Positions 1 to 12,289 of a stretch of 64,000 nucleotides of DNA are shown here, piece after piece. Below the pieces are notes generated by a model that worked only from the letters and a program-made list of their open reading frames with translations, was not told where the DNA came from and ran no database searches. The position numbers and the translations under genes were made by a program. Numbering within the stretch: position 1 is the first letter of the stretch; each line of letters starts with the position of its first letter. This DNA comes from Octopus sinensis (Eukaryota). The stretch is from positions 124,001-188,000 of the forward strand of contig NW_021835988.1 of NCBI RefSeq assembly GCF_006345805.1. Reading direction: 5' to 3'.

Positions 1-986
1 AAATCAGTTTGGCGTTGGCTTCTTTGTTTTTTCCGTGTTTTTCACGGAGGTTTTTGAGTAAAGAAGTATCGTCCTTCATTAGGCCTATAATTCTGGTTGG
101 TTTAGTGGAGACCTATTTTTTGGGGTTTTATTGTTTGTGGATTGGAGGATTGTTCTTCAAAGTCTATGAGTTAGTCAATGTAGGATAGACTGGTAATGGG
201 GTCATTGTGGGTGTTTAGAAAGTGTGATGTTAATTCGTTCTCATTATTATACTTTTTATGACATGAAGGACAAAGAAATCCTTCTTTTGGTGGCATCCAC
301 AATGAAATAAATTATTTATTAATGTATTATTTTCTATTAAATAATCTTTATTTAATAATATGCTGACTTTTAGAAAAATATTAATCTTTCGATTGATGCT
401 TACGATCAGTAAATAATACATTTTTCTTCTAAAGTACCTTTCATTGAATATTGTGAATTACTCGATGTTTTTGAAATCTATATTTAGCTTGTATGAAAAT
501 TTTTTTTAAAAATTTATGTTTCAAACCATTTTTTAAACGATATTGGATTTTTAATAACGTTTTCAAGGTAAAAAATCTTTCGTACTTGACTATTATAAGC
601 TTCTAAACTTGTTTTAGGAGAGACGTCAATATTAATATTAGTTTGGCAATTTCAGAAAGGGACACGGCAGAAATTGATAGTTCATTCTTCGAAGGTAATT
701 GTAATGTGTTTTTTGATCTGAAGACAACTTCGGGTGACGCTCTGATCCAATTTTTTGCATTGTGGTTCTGTCTTTGGAGAATTTTTTCGTCACAAATCCA
801 ACGCTCAATTTTGGAATTTTCAGCATTTTAGATATCTTTTTGATTGTTTTTAAGAAAAATAATGTCTAAATATCACCCTTTTTGTAAAAAACAATCAGAT
901 TTATTAATATTTCTTCTATAGTGTTTATCCTTAAATTTTATATTCAAAATATCACTCTGTTTTTACATTCTTGTTTGATATCTAAG

Positions 987-2110
987 ATGTCTTCTCGCTC
1001 AAATAAGAAAAGTCTTCATTATCAAAACGAATATTTAAAATATGGGTTTATTCAATGTACTGAAGATACAAAACAGCCTGATTGTCAAATTTGTTAATGT
1101 TCTTTCTCAAATGAGGCAATGAAGCCATCACGATTACAGGATCTTTTCAAACCCAAGCACCCGGATAAAATGTCAAAGCCGATTGAATATTTTCAAACTT
1201 TAAAATACAATTTTGAAAATAAGAAAACGATCAAATCGTTATTCACAAAGCCAGTACATGATGGTTATTTAACATTTATATGTAGTTGTGGGTGCGCAGA
1301 TCCATTTTTATAAAATTGCTGAAATTATTGTGAAAACTTCCAGTTCTCATACTATCGCGAAAAATGTAATAATTCCATTGGAAGTAATAATATCGGATGT
1401 AATGCATCAAGATGCTTCTAAAATATTAAAAGTCTATATCTTAGCAATGATTCGATTCGTCAAAGAATTGATGAAATGGGTGATAAAGTAAAAGAAATTC
1501 TTATTGAAAGACTGAATAAGTTTTCTTTACAAATTGATGAAAGGGTTTTTGTAGAGAGTAAAGCTATTTTAATGGGATTTGTGAGGTTATTTTCGAATTT
1601 TTTAATAAAATTTAGGTATTTCGATAATGAATGTGTATTAAATGAGGATTTATTGTTTGTCGAATTATTAGAAACCTGTACAACTGGAATGTCAATATAT
1701 TCCGTAGTAAAAGTGTTTTTAGAAACAAATGAAATATTATTTGAAAATTTGGTTTCCTGTGCGACTGATGCTGCGTTGTCAATGGTTGGAAGATATAAGG
1801 GAATTGTTTTTCTTCTTAAAGATTATCCATGGGTCATTACCGTTCCTTGTATTTTACATCGCCATCAACTGGTGTCGAATATTTTATGTTATGATTTACA
1901 TCAATCTTTAAAAATTGTAATCAAAACAATTAACAAAATAAAAACAAGAAGCAAAGTTTTGTAAGGATGCTGATGAAGATTTTATTCGACTTTTATTACA
2001 TACGGAAGTAAGATGGCTTTCAAAAGAAAATACTTTAGAAAGATTTGTTAATCTTTACGATGCAATAGTCGTATTTTTGCAAACTGAAGAAAACTTGGTT
2101 TTGACTGAAG
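987..2110 (+). pseudogene. Decayed hAT transposase (Buster/Charlie, ZBED8/SCAND3-like)
   Basis: Across frameshifts and stops reads MSSRSNKKSLHYQNEYLKYGFIQC..PDCQIC (BED finger), MKPSRLQ..HP, FSLQIDE, CATDAALSMVG, CILHRHQL, LLHTEVRWLSK. No TIRs found. Confidence 0.85.
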
Positions 2111-2229
2111 AAATCATTTCACGAAAAAAATGATATATTCTATTTTAATTGGATTTTTACAAAATTTAATGAAATTACTATTCTTCTTAAAGAAAATTTT
2201 TTCAACATTGAAAGGCAACTTTGATATCC

Positions 2230-2370
2230 TTTTTGAGGTATCTATAACCAGGATATCATCAGCGTAGATGACAAGCTTGCCAGTACGTACAGACGGCAGG
2301 AGAATGTCCGACAAGATGAAATTGAAAAAAAGTGGACTCAAGACAGATCCCTGCGGAACAAATATTAGTA
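2230..2370 (-). mobile_element. Non-LTR retrotransposon RT fragment
   Basis: VPQGSVLSPLFFN and VIYADDIL motifs (ORF 2114-2341 plus upstream codons). Confidence 0.8.
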
Positions 2371-4321
2371 CTTAGTAGTCTATCGCCGACACAGTTTTGT
2401 CGTCAAACATCATTCCATTGGTCGGACATTATCATTTAACACGCAGAAAAACAAGACAAAACGTTCGTTAATCAGCAAATACCAAATCTTTTCACTTATA
2501 TAAATTTATTTACTACTAAAAAAAAATTTTTTCTAAATTATCTGATTATCTCCAAGAACTGTCATTAAAAGAGTAAAAAATTTCATCTCTCTTTTCAAAA
2601 AAAAGTTTTTGAAAATTTTGAATATTTTTCAATCCTATTTGACAAATTCAGCATGCATAAAAGAGAGAAACTTCTCAACTTGCTGTATTTTGTTAACAGT
2701 TTGTCAGAACAGTTTTTCAGAATTATTCTAATGACAGGTACAGTGCCTGGAATTGACGTTTTAAGGCATTTAATGAAAACTTAATAAAATCTAATTTCAC
2801 ATTTTAAAAATTTGTTGAAATTAAGACAGAAGGTCTTCGGCTCCTTCAATTGAAGGAAACCGGTGGCTAACAAGAACGAAATTGTCAATGTCGGACGCTC
2901 CCAAAGATCCCCGATCGCGATCCGGTGTTTTGGGGAAGCAGAAAATGGGCCTGGACACGAGAAAAGGTCACTGAGAGAGTGGGAATGCGTGGATTCGGCA
3001 AGGCCTATTCTTCGACGATAATTGCTTAGCCCAATATGATGATCGTCATGTGATTCGCCTTTTCGTGGAGACGATTGGATCCTGATTTTCCTTCAGTAAC
3101 AAACAGAACCAACCTCTTCCCCTTGCCAACCAACCTGTCAACGGTTTGGTTGGTAGTGGCTACGTTCCCTGACTTTGTCCTATCATTAAAATCGTTTTAA
3201 TTAAAATACGTTTTTTTATTAATAATTGTTTAATTAATCTTAATTTTAAATAGAAAATATAATAAATTAAGCCATGTGTAAGCTGGGTGTTTTTTCACTA
3301 TGTAGTCGTCTTTTATATTTAATTTGGATTCAAAGGGAATAATTCATGATGTAGTTTCTTTTAATGATTAAGTTAACCGAAATTCCATCCTTTTTGTGAC
3401 ATTGTCAGATTTTATTTTCTTGATCTGTTTTATTTTACATACCTTGAAATTTACTATTATTTTCTTTGTAATTTTTTTTTTAGCCTTATTTTTGTTATAT
3501 TGAATTTTTATTCATTTTTCAAAACTAAAATTTGTGTCTCTCAAAATGAGGAACCCGTTGGAAACAACTTAATTAGATTAATGAAATGTTTGTTATCGTT
3601 TAGTTGATAGTTTTGGTTTGCAACTTCTCTGGTGGACTGGGAGCAAACGTTAAGTAAAATTATCAAAACGTTGGTGGAATTACACATGACAGCCACCGAT
3701 TTGAATAACCTGTTGACTTGTTTAGAGACGGTAAAGAAAGAAATCGAACAAATGGCAAAAGACGTCGAAGATTTTTTTTCTATTGTCTATTTAATCCGAT
3801 TGAGTTGGTTTCTCTTGTTTTTGAGTTTTATTTTCATTAGCGTGTGGCTAAAAAGACTATGAAGCTCGTGTTGTCCCATCCGATTCCAATTAGTACTTGA
3901 AAGTGACGAGATTTCTATGACGGTGTCACTCGTCAAGTGTTTGTCTTTGCATTGCGATTATATATTTTTTAGTCCACTAACAAATATTAACATTTTTACT
4001 TAAAGCTAAAACATAAGTCAAATCTCATGAGAAGCAAGTTAAAAAGTTATTAGTAATTAATTAATCATCTTCTCCACAGTGGCACCCTATAGGATGGTGA
4101 GAGGTGGGAATACAGGCACTGCGTATATAATCAGTAAAATGAAAGTGACGATTAATATGATGGCAATGGGTGTTATAATATGCCATTTGTAGTTTCTCCA
4201 TATTATATACTAGCTCGGCAGCTCGCTTCGCTCACCGCGACCTAGCTCCTGCGGAGGGCCTGTTTCATCAAACAACTATAAGTGTATGTAGATGTATAAA
4301 ACTACCTGGTTTAATGTAACC

Positions 4322-4790
4322 CTATTCTATCGCCTGTTGATAAACGATGTTTGTCGTCCGTCCTTCCTTGGCATATATGAATAAATTTTCTCTTCTGCCT
4401 ACCCTCGAGCATCCCACATACAGCTGTCCATGTGAAAAGCACTCACTCTCTAAAAATAACCCAACTACCTTTAATGACTGTCCCTGGGCCTTGTTTATTG
4501 TCATTGCAAAACTCATCCTCAAAGGAAATTGCAGCCTTTTAAATCTAAATGGTAATTCATCAGAAATTATCTGAATTCGTGGAATATAAACATCCTCACC
4601 TCTATACTTACCTGTTAATATCGTCGCCTCTATTACGTTAGCCATCAAATTTTTGATAACTAACCTCGTTCCGTTGCATAATTTAGGTGGCGCAAGATTT
4701 CGTAATAAAACCACTGGAACGCCTATCTTTAACTTTAAAAGATGATTCGGCATTCCAGAGGGATCTAAGGAGTTTAAAAATTCAATCCGG
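4322..4790 (-). pseudogene. Helitron PIF1 helicase C-terminal remnant
   Basis: [70 protein letters not shown]. Confidence 0.92.
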
Positions 4791-5544
4791 TTGAATTTTT
4801 AGAAAATAACAAAAAAAATAAAAAAAACAAATAAAAATAAATAATTTAAAAACAAAAAAATAAAAAAAACAAAAAAAAAACTTAGCAGCAGCCAAAAAAG
4901 CGACACACAAAAAAGATTTAATTAATTACCTTAAGCTGACCGTTTTTTCTTCAGCTTCGTTTTTCCTCCTTCGGTGATCTATTTAAAAAATTATTTTTGA
5001 ATAATAAAAAATATTAGGAAAAAAGAGCCATACAGAAAATAAATTCTATCTTTACGAAAAACTTCTTTTCTTAAGGTCGTCTTCCCTCCTTCGGTTATCT
5101 ATTGAAAAAATTATTTTTGAATAATAAAAAAGTTTAGGAAAAGAGGCATACCGAAAATAAATTTTATCTTTACGAAAAACTTAACTAAATAGTTAATATT
5201 TTTACGCAAATTCTTCTGATTGCGCTGTCAATTGGTGGTAAATTGTGTTAATGATTGTGCTAATGTGGTTTCAACTATCAAAGTGTTTTTCAAAATCTGT
5301 TAATTGCACACTCTATTCAAGGTCGTGCAATCTGTAATTGCACATTCTGTCAAAGTCAAATATGATAATAGCTTTAATTTTGATTCATGGTCGATAATGA
5401 TATATGCATTTAATTTTAAAGAGAAAATCATAGGATGAATTGAATTTCTTTATCGCGAATAATTGGGAGTTCATCATTGTTAATATTCTCGCTGTCGTTT
5501 TCATCAAGGATATTCTTAATACGTGAGATTTTTGCCTCGAAGGT

Positions 5545-6390
5545 TTTAATGGACCTCATCATGAATGTTGAGGACATTAACGTTGTTCATTTTAATCAAA
5601 TGCAGAAAATAATTTTTTGATTTTTTGGCGGAAAGGTTTTAAGGACTTCATCATGTAAGTCGAGGACATCGTAGTTGTTCATTTTAACCAAAATGCAGAA
5701 AATTTTTTTTTAATTTTTTTTGGGGGGAAGGTTTTAAGGACCTCATCATGTAAGTCGAGGACATCGTAGTTGTTCATTTTAACCAAAATGCAGAAATTTT
5801 TTTTTTAATTTTTTTTTGGGGGGAAGGTTTTAAGGACCTCATCATGTAAGTCGAGGACATCGTAGTTGTTCATTTTAACCAAAATGCAGAAAATTTTTTT
5901 TTAATTTTTTTTTGGGGAGAAGGTTTTAAGGACCTCATCATGTAAGTCGAGGACATCGTAGTTGTTCATTTTAACCAAAATGCAGAAAATTTTTTTTTAA
6001 TTTTTTTTTGGGGGGAAGGTTTTAAGGACCTCATCATGTAAGTCGAGGACATCGTAGTTGTTCATTTTAACCAAAATGCAGAAAATTTTTTTTTTTATTT
6101 TTTTTTGGGGGGAAGGTTTTAAGGACCTCATCATGTAAGTCGAGGACATCTTAGTTGTTCATTTTAACCAAAATGCAGAAAATTTTTTTTTTAATTTTTT
6201 TTTTGGGGGGAAGGTTTTAAGGACCTCATCATGTAAGTCGAGGACATCGTAGTTGTTCATTTTAACCAAAATGCAGAAAATTTTTTTTTTAATTTTTTTT
6301 TGGGGGGAAGGTTTTAAGGACCTCATCATGTAAGTCGAGGACATCGTAGTTGTTCATTTTAACCAAAATGCAGAAAATTTTTTTTGGGGG
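5545..6390. repeat. Tandem array of about 9 copies of a ~96-bp unit inside the Helitron
   Basis: Unit GACCTCATCATGTAAGTCGAGGACATCGTAGTTGTTCATTTTAACCAAAATGCAGAAAAT..GGGGGAAGGTTTTAAG recurs near 5551, 5644, 5739, 5835, 5930, 6027, 6124, 6222 and 6319. Variation is mostly in homopolymer length. Confidence 0.95.
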
Positions 6391-9300
6391 GAATTTATCT
6401 TTACTTTGCCAATTTGAAGTTGGTGTGCACACACAGACAGACAGACAGACAGACAGACACACACCATACCATTTTATTATTAAGATTGAAACGATTCAAA
6501 AGGCGACGAAAACCAAAGAAACGACGTGGCAGGGCGGCTAATAATTTTAATATTTCTATTCACATTGGCTCAGGCAGGCGTGGGTTCTTATTTGGATCAC
6601 TTCTCCAAGTCCTGCTGGCCTCTCACGAGCTTCTTCTGTCAGCAACTCCAACTCCATTTCAATTTTCCCGTCTAACGATCCTTCGCCTTCTAACGATCTG
6701 TAATGAATATCTGTCTTCTGCACCAAGTCTATTCCATCGATCCACGCCTTGACGTAAATTTCAGACATCATTTCGGGCCCAATTAATGGCTGGTCATTTA
6801 AAACCACGTCCTTCGTGTTCCACACGATCACTCTCAGTTCATATCTGTGGAAAAGGAGGTTGAGGTGAGAAACCTGACAGCATTTCTTTGAAAATTAATG
6901 TCTGATCCCATTTTGGGGACGTAGTTTCTTTAATTGTCTTGGTTTTTTGGCTCTGGTTGTTACAAACAACATATAAATAGCAGTCTCGAACATAATATTA
7001 CTTATTACCTGATAATCCGTTTTTATCCAATCCCACGAGATTTCTACCTTGGAATATATATGCTCGAAGTTGAAATTTATGACAGGCTTTAACATGAAAG
7101 GTCATTGACGGAGAAACGAGATCACATGTCTTGTCTTTTTTCTAAAAATACACTAAACTGTGTTACTTACCGAATTATTGAATAAAAATGTGCACGGAAT
7201 CAGCTCTCCGTCGCAAATAATTCTTCGAACCCACCGTCGACGTCTAACCAAGTCCATTTTTCGGTTTATTTTATGAAATTTGGTAGTAAAAAGTTGTGCG
7301 TACTCCCAACCATCAGTGGAAATTTCTTTTTCAATCTTTGTTTAAGTGATAAATAAAATACAGTCTCGTTATTGTTAAAAGTCCTCGTTCTTAATAAACG
7401 TCTTCTTCGACAGTTGTGGTAGAGCTTTTCTATTGGAGAATAATTGGTCATTTCTCCATCAAACGTAGCATATTCCCAACCTAATTCATCTATAATTATA
7501 GCATGCCAAATTCGTCCACGGCTCTCTTTAAATCGACTTTCCAGTCGTCAGCCCATGACCATCCACTCTCTAACTGGACATCCATAGATTTCATATCGCT
7601 TGACTAGATTATCATGTCGACAAAATACTGAGGTGGTAGGAACCCATTTCATTCCCGGAGAACGCGATTCACCCACTCCATTGCCAACCATCTGGACATT
7701 TGAATGAATTTTTAGGAAGGTTTATTTTTCCTGTTATATCTGAAAAATGCGGCCTTGTAAGTGAGAGTTCACTCCATTTCGAGGTTTCGTATAAATTTCG
7801 GTCAAGAATATTTGCATTTTCTCTTTCCCCAATTGGTAAAATTGGCTGTCTGAATAAGATGTGTAAAATTCAAAAATACCTTAGATCAGCTATGAGATCC
7901 TCAACATATTTGATAGCTTTGCTAGCCAACTCCCTGTGCTAGACATTTTGAATTATCATATTGCGAATAATTGCAACATACTTGTCCTATCAAGCTAAAT
8001 CGCTCCAGGTATACTATTTTGAGTTTGTAGTTGGAAATTTGGTTCATAGACTTGATTCTGAACAGAATGTCCTCCCACTGGCACTCAATTCTCATTGCGG
8101 GTTTTTCCGATCCAAATGGAATATAATTGTAGTGATTTCCGTCATAATATTCCTGCAGAGGCAGAGTTGTTGAAGACGTCGGAATAGATTTACTCTCAAG
8201 TACATTCCCGTAGATTCCTGTTATCCAGTCATTATGAAGTTTAAACCAATGCTTAGTTCGAATGTGATCATTCCATCAAGTTCCTTCAGCATTCCTGCGT
8301 TTTGAATCATCCCAAGAAGAACACAAGAGCGTCTGTTCTTATATTTTTAAAAATGACGAAATTAAGTTACATAAATGTTAAGTTTCTATGAATTGTCGGC
8401 AGGACTAATTGGTGGGGAAGTTGGGTCACTTGGAATAGTTTTCAAATCAACTAAAATCCTTCCTCGGTAACTGAATCCTTCCACATTCCCCTTTTCGGCG
8501 TCCATAAACTTGTCAGAAAGGAGGATAAATTCTCGACGAGATCCATAAATATTAAGATAAGCAGGCCCGAATGTCGGCATAAAACCTAGCACTCATTCAC
8601 TGTATATCACCGTTTTCTCCTGAAAGAGAAATATCCGAAATGGACATTGTGGTCGTCCCCACCAAATCATTTCCGTTTAATTTGTCCCTGAAATTTAAGG
8701 TCACGGTAATGCGACCAATCCATTACGGTCAATTTAACGGTCTTACACAACGTCGGAAACTGAAAATGTGAAAAAATAATTTCCACCATAAAATTGAACG
8801 CAAGTCGTTCCATGAATGAAGGATGATCTGTGTTGGGCAATATACTGGATTTACTCTTGTTATTAGCGATATTCACCCAACCGATTTCCCCGCAAATGAA
8901 GTAATTACGTAAGGGTCGATCAGATCTTTGTTGCTGTTTTTCCTAAATAGACTTTTCATTATAGGATTCACTAAATATGTTGTTTAAAGAGAAAATAAAG
9001 CCATTTACGCGCATTGGGTAAAAATACTTTGTGGAAAATCTTTGGCTTCATATATTGTTAAGAGTAATGTCATTGGATGCAAGGATGCTCCCAGTGGTTT
9101 CAGCAGGTTTCTATTGGGTTAAATATTATATATACAATTCAACGTCAAAGTTTGTAGAATCTTGCGCAAAAACAGGCGGCTTGTCGTTCGCACCGACAAC
9201 AGAAATGCATATTTTCAAAAACCCAGTTGAAGACATTCTTTTCTGGTTTGGCAAACTCAGAAAAAGCCATTTGTTAACAACAGCTCGAGAAGGGGAGTGG

Positions 9301-10594
9301 TAAACGTAGCCAAGGTCGCACTAAAAGTGAATTTAAACGAATAACGGAGAATGATCCGATTAGACAGTCGCTATGCAGTTTTTTTAAGTCGTAGACCTAA
9401 ATTGAGTTTTAGATTTGGTCACGACATTAAAGTCAATGATTTCAGTCACAAGTTGTTTCGGTGATATTTTTAAATTAAAATAAAACATTTCATTCCACTC
9501 CGGACAGTTGGTGCTCTTTTTAATTGTTGTTTTTTATATTGCTTTTTCAACTTCAACCTGCAAATGGGGTTTATGTTTTCTCCTTGCAATCGTCTCGCAC
9601 TTACAATTTTCACTCGAATCTACTTTTAAGACAATTCGAGAACCTCAAAGTCCCTGGGATTTGTGTCGACAACGACAGGCCTCGTTGATTGAATAGAAAG
9701 TGAATTCTTCGGAATTTCAATTTTATCCTCTAACAATGTAAGTTCAAATTACCCGTCGGTTCTATGGTGAGGGGAGTCTCCTCTTCTACCGTATTTTGAT
9801 CCATATCTACTTTGGCTTGTTTTCGAAGTTCCCTTCAGAGATAGTTCGAGATGAAATGAATCAATTGATTTTTGGAAAACATTGTCGAGTTTTGCTTGTG
9901 CAGTTCCTAGCAATCTATTCACATGTTAAACTAAATTAACCTATTTTTTCCAATTTTTTCGTAATCCATGACAATCACGTCAATGACCTCGTCGAGGCCA
10001 AGAGGGAGCTCATCTATCGAAAATACTAATTCCTAACATTTTTAATGAATTTTGACAAACTGAGTTATAAACTGGATTAATGTTCGACTTGATGACATTT
10101 GTACTTTTTTTCTGTTCTAAAAAGTAATGCTTGTCACAAAGAAAGCAGGCTGTTAGAAATAAAGGCACTCAAATGATTTTTTGTTCGCATTAGCAATTGA
10201 GCAAGCAACAGCAGTTAACTCTTGGAATACAATAAAGTTAGGACTAGATTTAAGTACCTCTGAATTTGAATTTAACATATGGATTACACAATCATTTTTG
10301 AGTGCCGAAATACTCGTTTCTCATTGACTATCCATCAAACATGTAAGGCCATTCAAAAATAGCATTTGATTGGAAAGAATTTTGGAAATACAACTACAAA
10401 ACATTTTTATTACCAAAAAAATCTATTCTTAAGGAAATTTTTGGGTTGAGAATAATCATTTAGTTGGTTGTTTCATATGATTAGTAATAAAATAGTTTTT
10501 ACTGATTGAAAACAGTAAATCCACATGGGTTTTGCACTAAGAATAGCGAAGAACCAATATTAAAAGTAAAATAATTATTTAGCTATTTTCCCTT

Positions 10595-11167
10595 TGCTAA
10601 CTATCTGGAATCCTCTCCCCGCATCGACCTCAGTTTGTGTCTTGATTGACCTCATATTCATTGTTCGCCCAAATACTTTCCATATTTTGTTGTTGTGGAC
10701 GGCCATTTCAGAAAACTGCAGAAATTTTGGATTCCCGTCAAGTCAACTGACCCGACTCCCCACATCCACGAATCCTTCCAGTCGAATTCCATTTCCAGGG
10801 ATTTAAGCAACGTGAGTTTGCCCAGTTCTGCAAATATGAGGAAGCATTCCACAGCCGTCTCCTCCGTGTTCGTAGCCACATTTCAGCAGTCGATCACTTA
10901 AAGTCAATGGCCAATGTGAATTGTTTTGTCGATGCGGGGCGAGGATTCCAGATAGTTAGCACAGAGAAACTTGCCAGCAATGCTAAGTGCGTTGATGATA
11001 GCCTTCTGGGGAGAATGTTTGAGGGCAAATAAAAAGCAGTCCTCCAGTCATGAGGAGGAGTACTTGTCGTCGTCGAGAATATTGTGGGCCATCAAGTATT
11101 GTCGACAGTCCTGAGTTTGGAACAGATCAATAAAGTCTTGTAATTTGACAGCACACGGATTAAACAT
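10595..11167. pseudogene. Unidentified gene fragment split by a small inversion
   Basis: - strand reads MFNPCAVKLQDFIDLF..LEDCFLFALKH..ANYLESSPRID up to 10928. The same ANYLESSPRID restarts on + at 10595 and continues with coding-like sequence. 34-bp inverted repeat at both breakpoints. Confidence 0.45.
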
Positions 11168-11254
11168 TCTGCACAATTATATCACAGCTTAAGATTTAAA
11201 TGTTGGCAATTTTATTTAGACCAGTAATATATTCAATAATGTATAATAAATAAA

Positions 11255-11845
11255 TGTCATAGCGCCCGGGTTGTTGATACTGTCCGGGGTGATGAGAACG
11301 ACTGATCACTTAAAAACACTAACAAACAGTCGTTCTTGTTTCAATGGAAAATATCATAAAAAATATCATAAATAGCTTTATCGACTCAAAATATTTCTCT
11401 CCGTCATAAATAAAATTGTGTTATAAAGAATAAAAATTTTCATTAAAAATAGGATGAAATTGAATTGAAGGAATAAACTTACAAATATTACAAAATGATG
11501 AAATTTCAGATAATTTAACCATTAAAAGAAACTACATCGCAAAATATCCCTTCTGAATCCAATTAAATAAAAAAATAAGGATCGACCAAATAATGTAATA
11601 CAACAACAAGGTATGTCAACCGCGTGTTTACACGTGCCATAATTTATTAGGTTTTCTATTAATAATTGGATAACCAAAAATTAAAATAATTTATTAATGA
11701 AAACAAACATTATTTTAATTAAAACACAATTCTACCTAGTAGCTTATAAACAGTGTAAATATTAGAGCGCATATCTCATAGTGTTTTTAAGTGATCAGTA
11801 GTTCTCATCACCCCGGACACTATCAACAGCCCGGAAGCTATGACA
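11255..11845. mobile_element. MITE-like element with 66-bp TIRs and TGT...ACA termini
   Basis: 11255-11320 is the reverse complement of 11780-11845 (5 mismatches). AT-rich non-coding interior; no TSD visible. Confidence 0.65.
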
Positions 11846-12235
11846 TACGACAATTAATGGCCTCACGAGACACCCGGCCAGCCTCGCGAATGGCGAAGCC
11901 GTTCCCTCGGATCACAGCAATCGACAGACGTTCCAGGAGCCAAGAATACTCACTTGGATCGTGGTTTGTCCTTGAAATCCGTCGACCGAGCGAGCGAAGG
12001 AAGCGGAGTGTCTTGGGGCCGAAGATCCCGGAGGAGTCCACGGCGATTGGAGTAAAGAACAGCGAGTTGGAGAGGTGGCCGTACTTGAGAATCTTTCGGT
12101 CCTCGGCCTGCCTCGAAGCGTGCCCAGGATTGGCGGCGGACAGAGCGAGATTTCCCAGCGAGAACGTGTCCGAACAGGTAGAATCCCAAATAAGGGATTT
12201 CCCCTGCTTGTATGGGAAGGTGGACATCCCGTCTT
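11846..12235 (-). mobile_element. CRE-clade non-LTR retrotransposon 3' fragment (REL endonuclease)
   Basis: TFPYKQGKSLIWDSTCSDT..KILKY..FTPIAVDSSGIFGP..WLLERLSIAVIRGN. Confidence 0.8.
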
Positions 12236-12289
12236 TAAAAGATAAACTCCTTTATGGGGCATTTAATATTTTATATATTTTTAAGCAAT

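Larger units (their letters stand above)
4210..6485 (-). mobile_element. Complete non-autonomous Helitron (2276 bp)
   Basis: On the - strand it starts TCTTAATAATAAAATGG at 6485 followed by (CTGT)n, and ends with a GC-rich subterminal segment (GGTGAGCGAAGCGAGCTGCCG) then CTAG at 4210. Inserted between A and T with no TSD. Retains the PIF1 helicase C-terminus. Confidence 0.92.
4057..10352 (-). pseudogene. Ferlin (dysferlin/myoferlin-type, with C2A and DysF), broken by a Helitron, internal deletions and frameshifts; boundaries approximate
   Basis: Ferlin motifs in order: C2A (NPYVKFKFRG, VIKSNINPVYN, MDYEKIGKN/RLLG), C2B (KWLFLS..GFLKICISVVG), GFMPTFGPAYLNIYGS..YRGRILVDL, DGNHYNYIPFG, PHFSDITGKINLP, DysF (GWEYAQLF..RRRRW), FQLRAYIFQGRNL..KWDQTLIF, YELRVIVWNT..QKTDIHYRSL, RPATSFLWF, and TM tail YIIWRNYKWHII..IYAVP/GATVEKMIN*. 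Tiny GT-AG introns at 4087-4113, 6538-6563, 6845-6873, 6985-7008, 7142-7170. Confidence 0.9.

Noticed and set aside
1-830. Possible LINE fragment (1-235) and short ORFs at 230-831
   Set aside because: Strand-biased composition is suggestive, but I could not identify any diagnostic motif.
5545-6390. CRISPR-like appearance of the 96-bp periodic array
   Set aside because: Whole units are repeated with no unique spacers, it lies inside a Helitron, and no cas genes are present.
11285-11312. TGATGA...CTGA as a C/D-box snoRNA
   Set aside because: The boxes are only a few nt apart with no guide region, and the motif is part of the MITE TIR.
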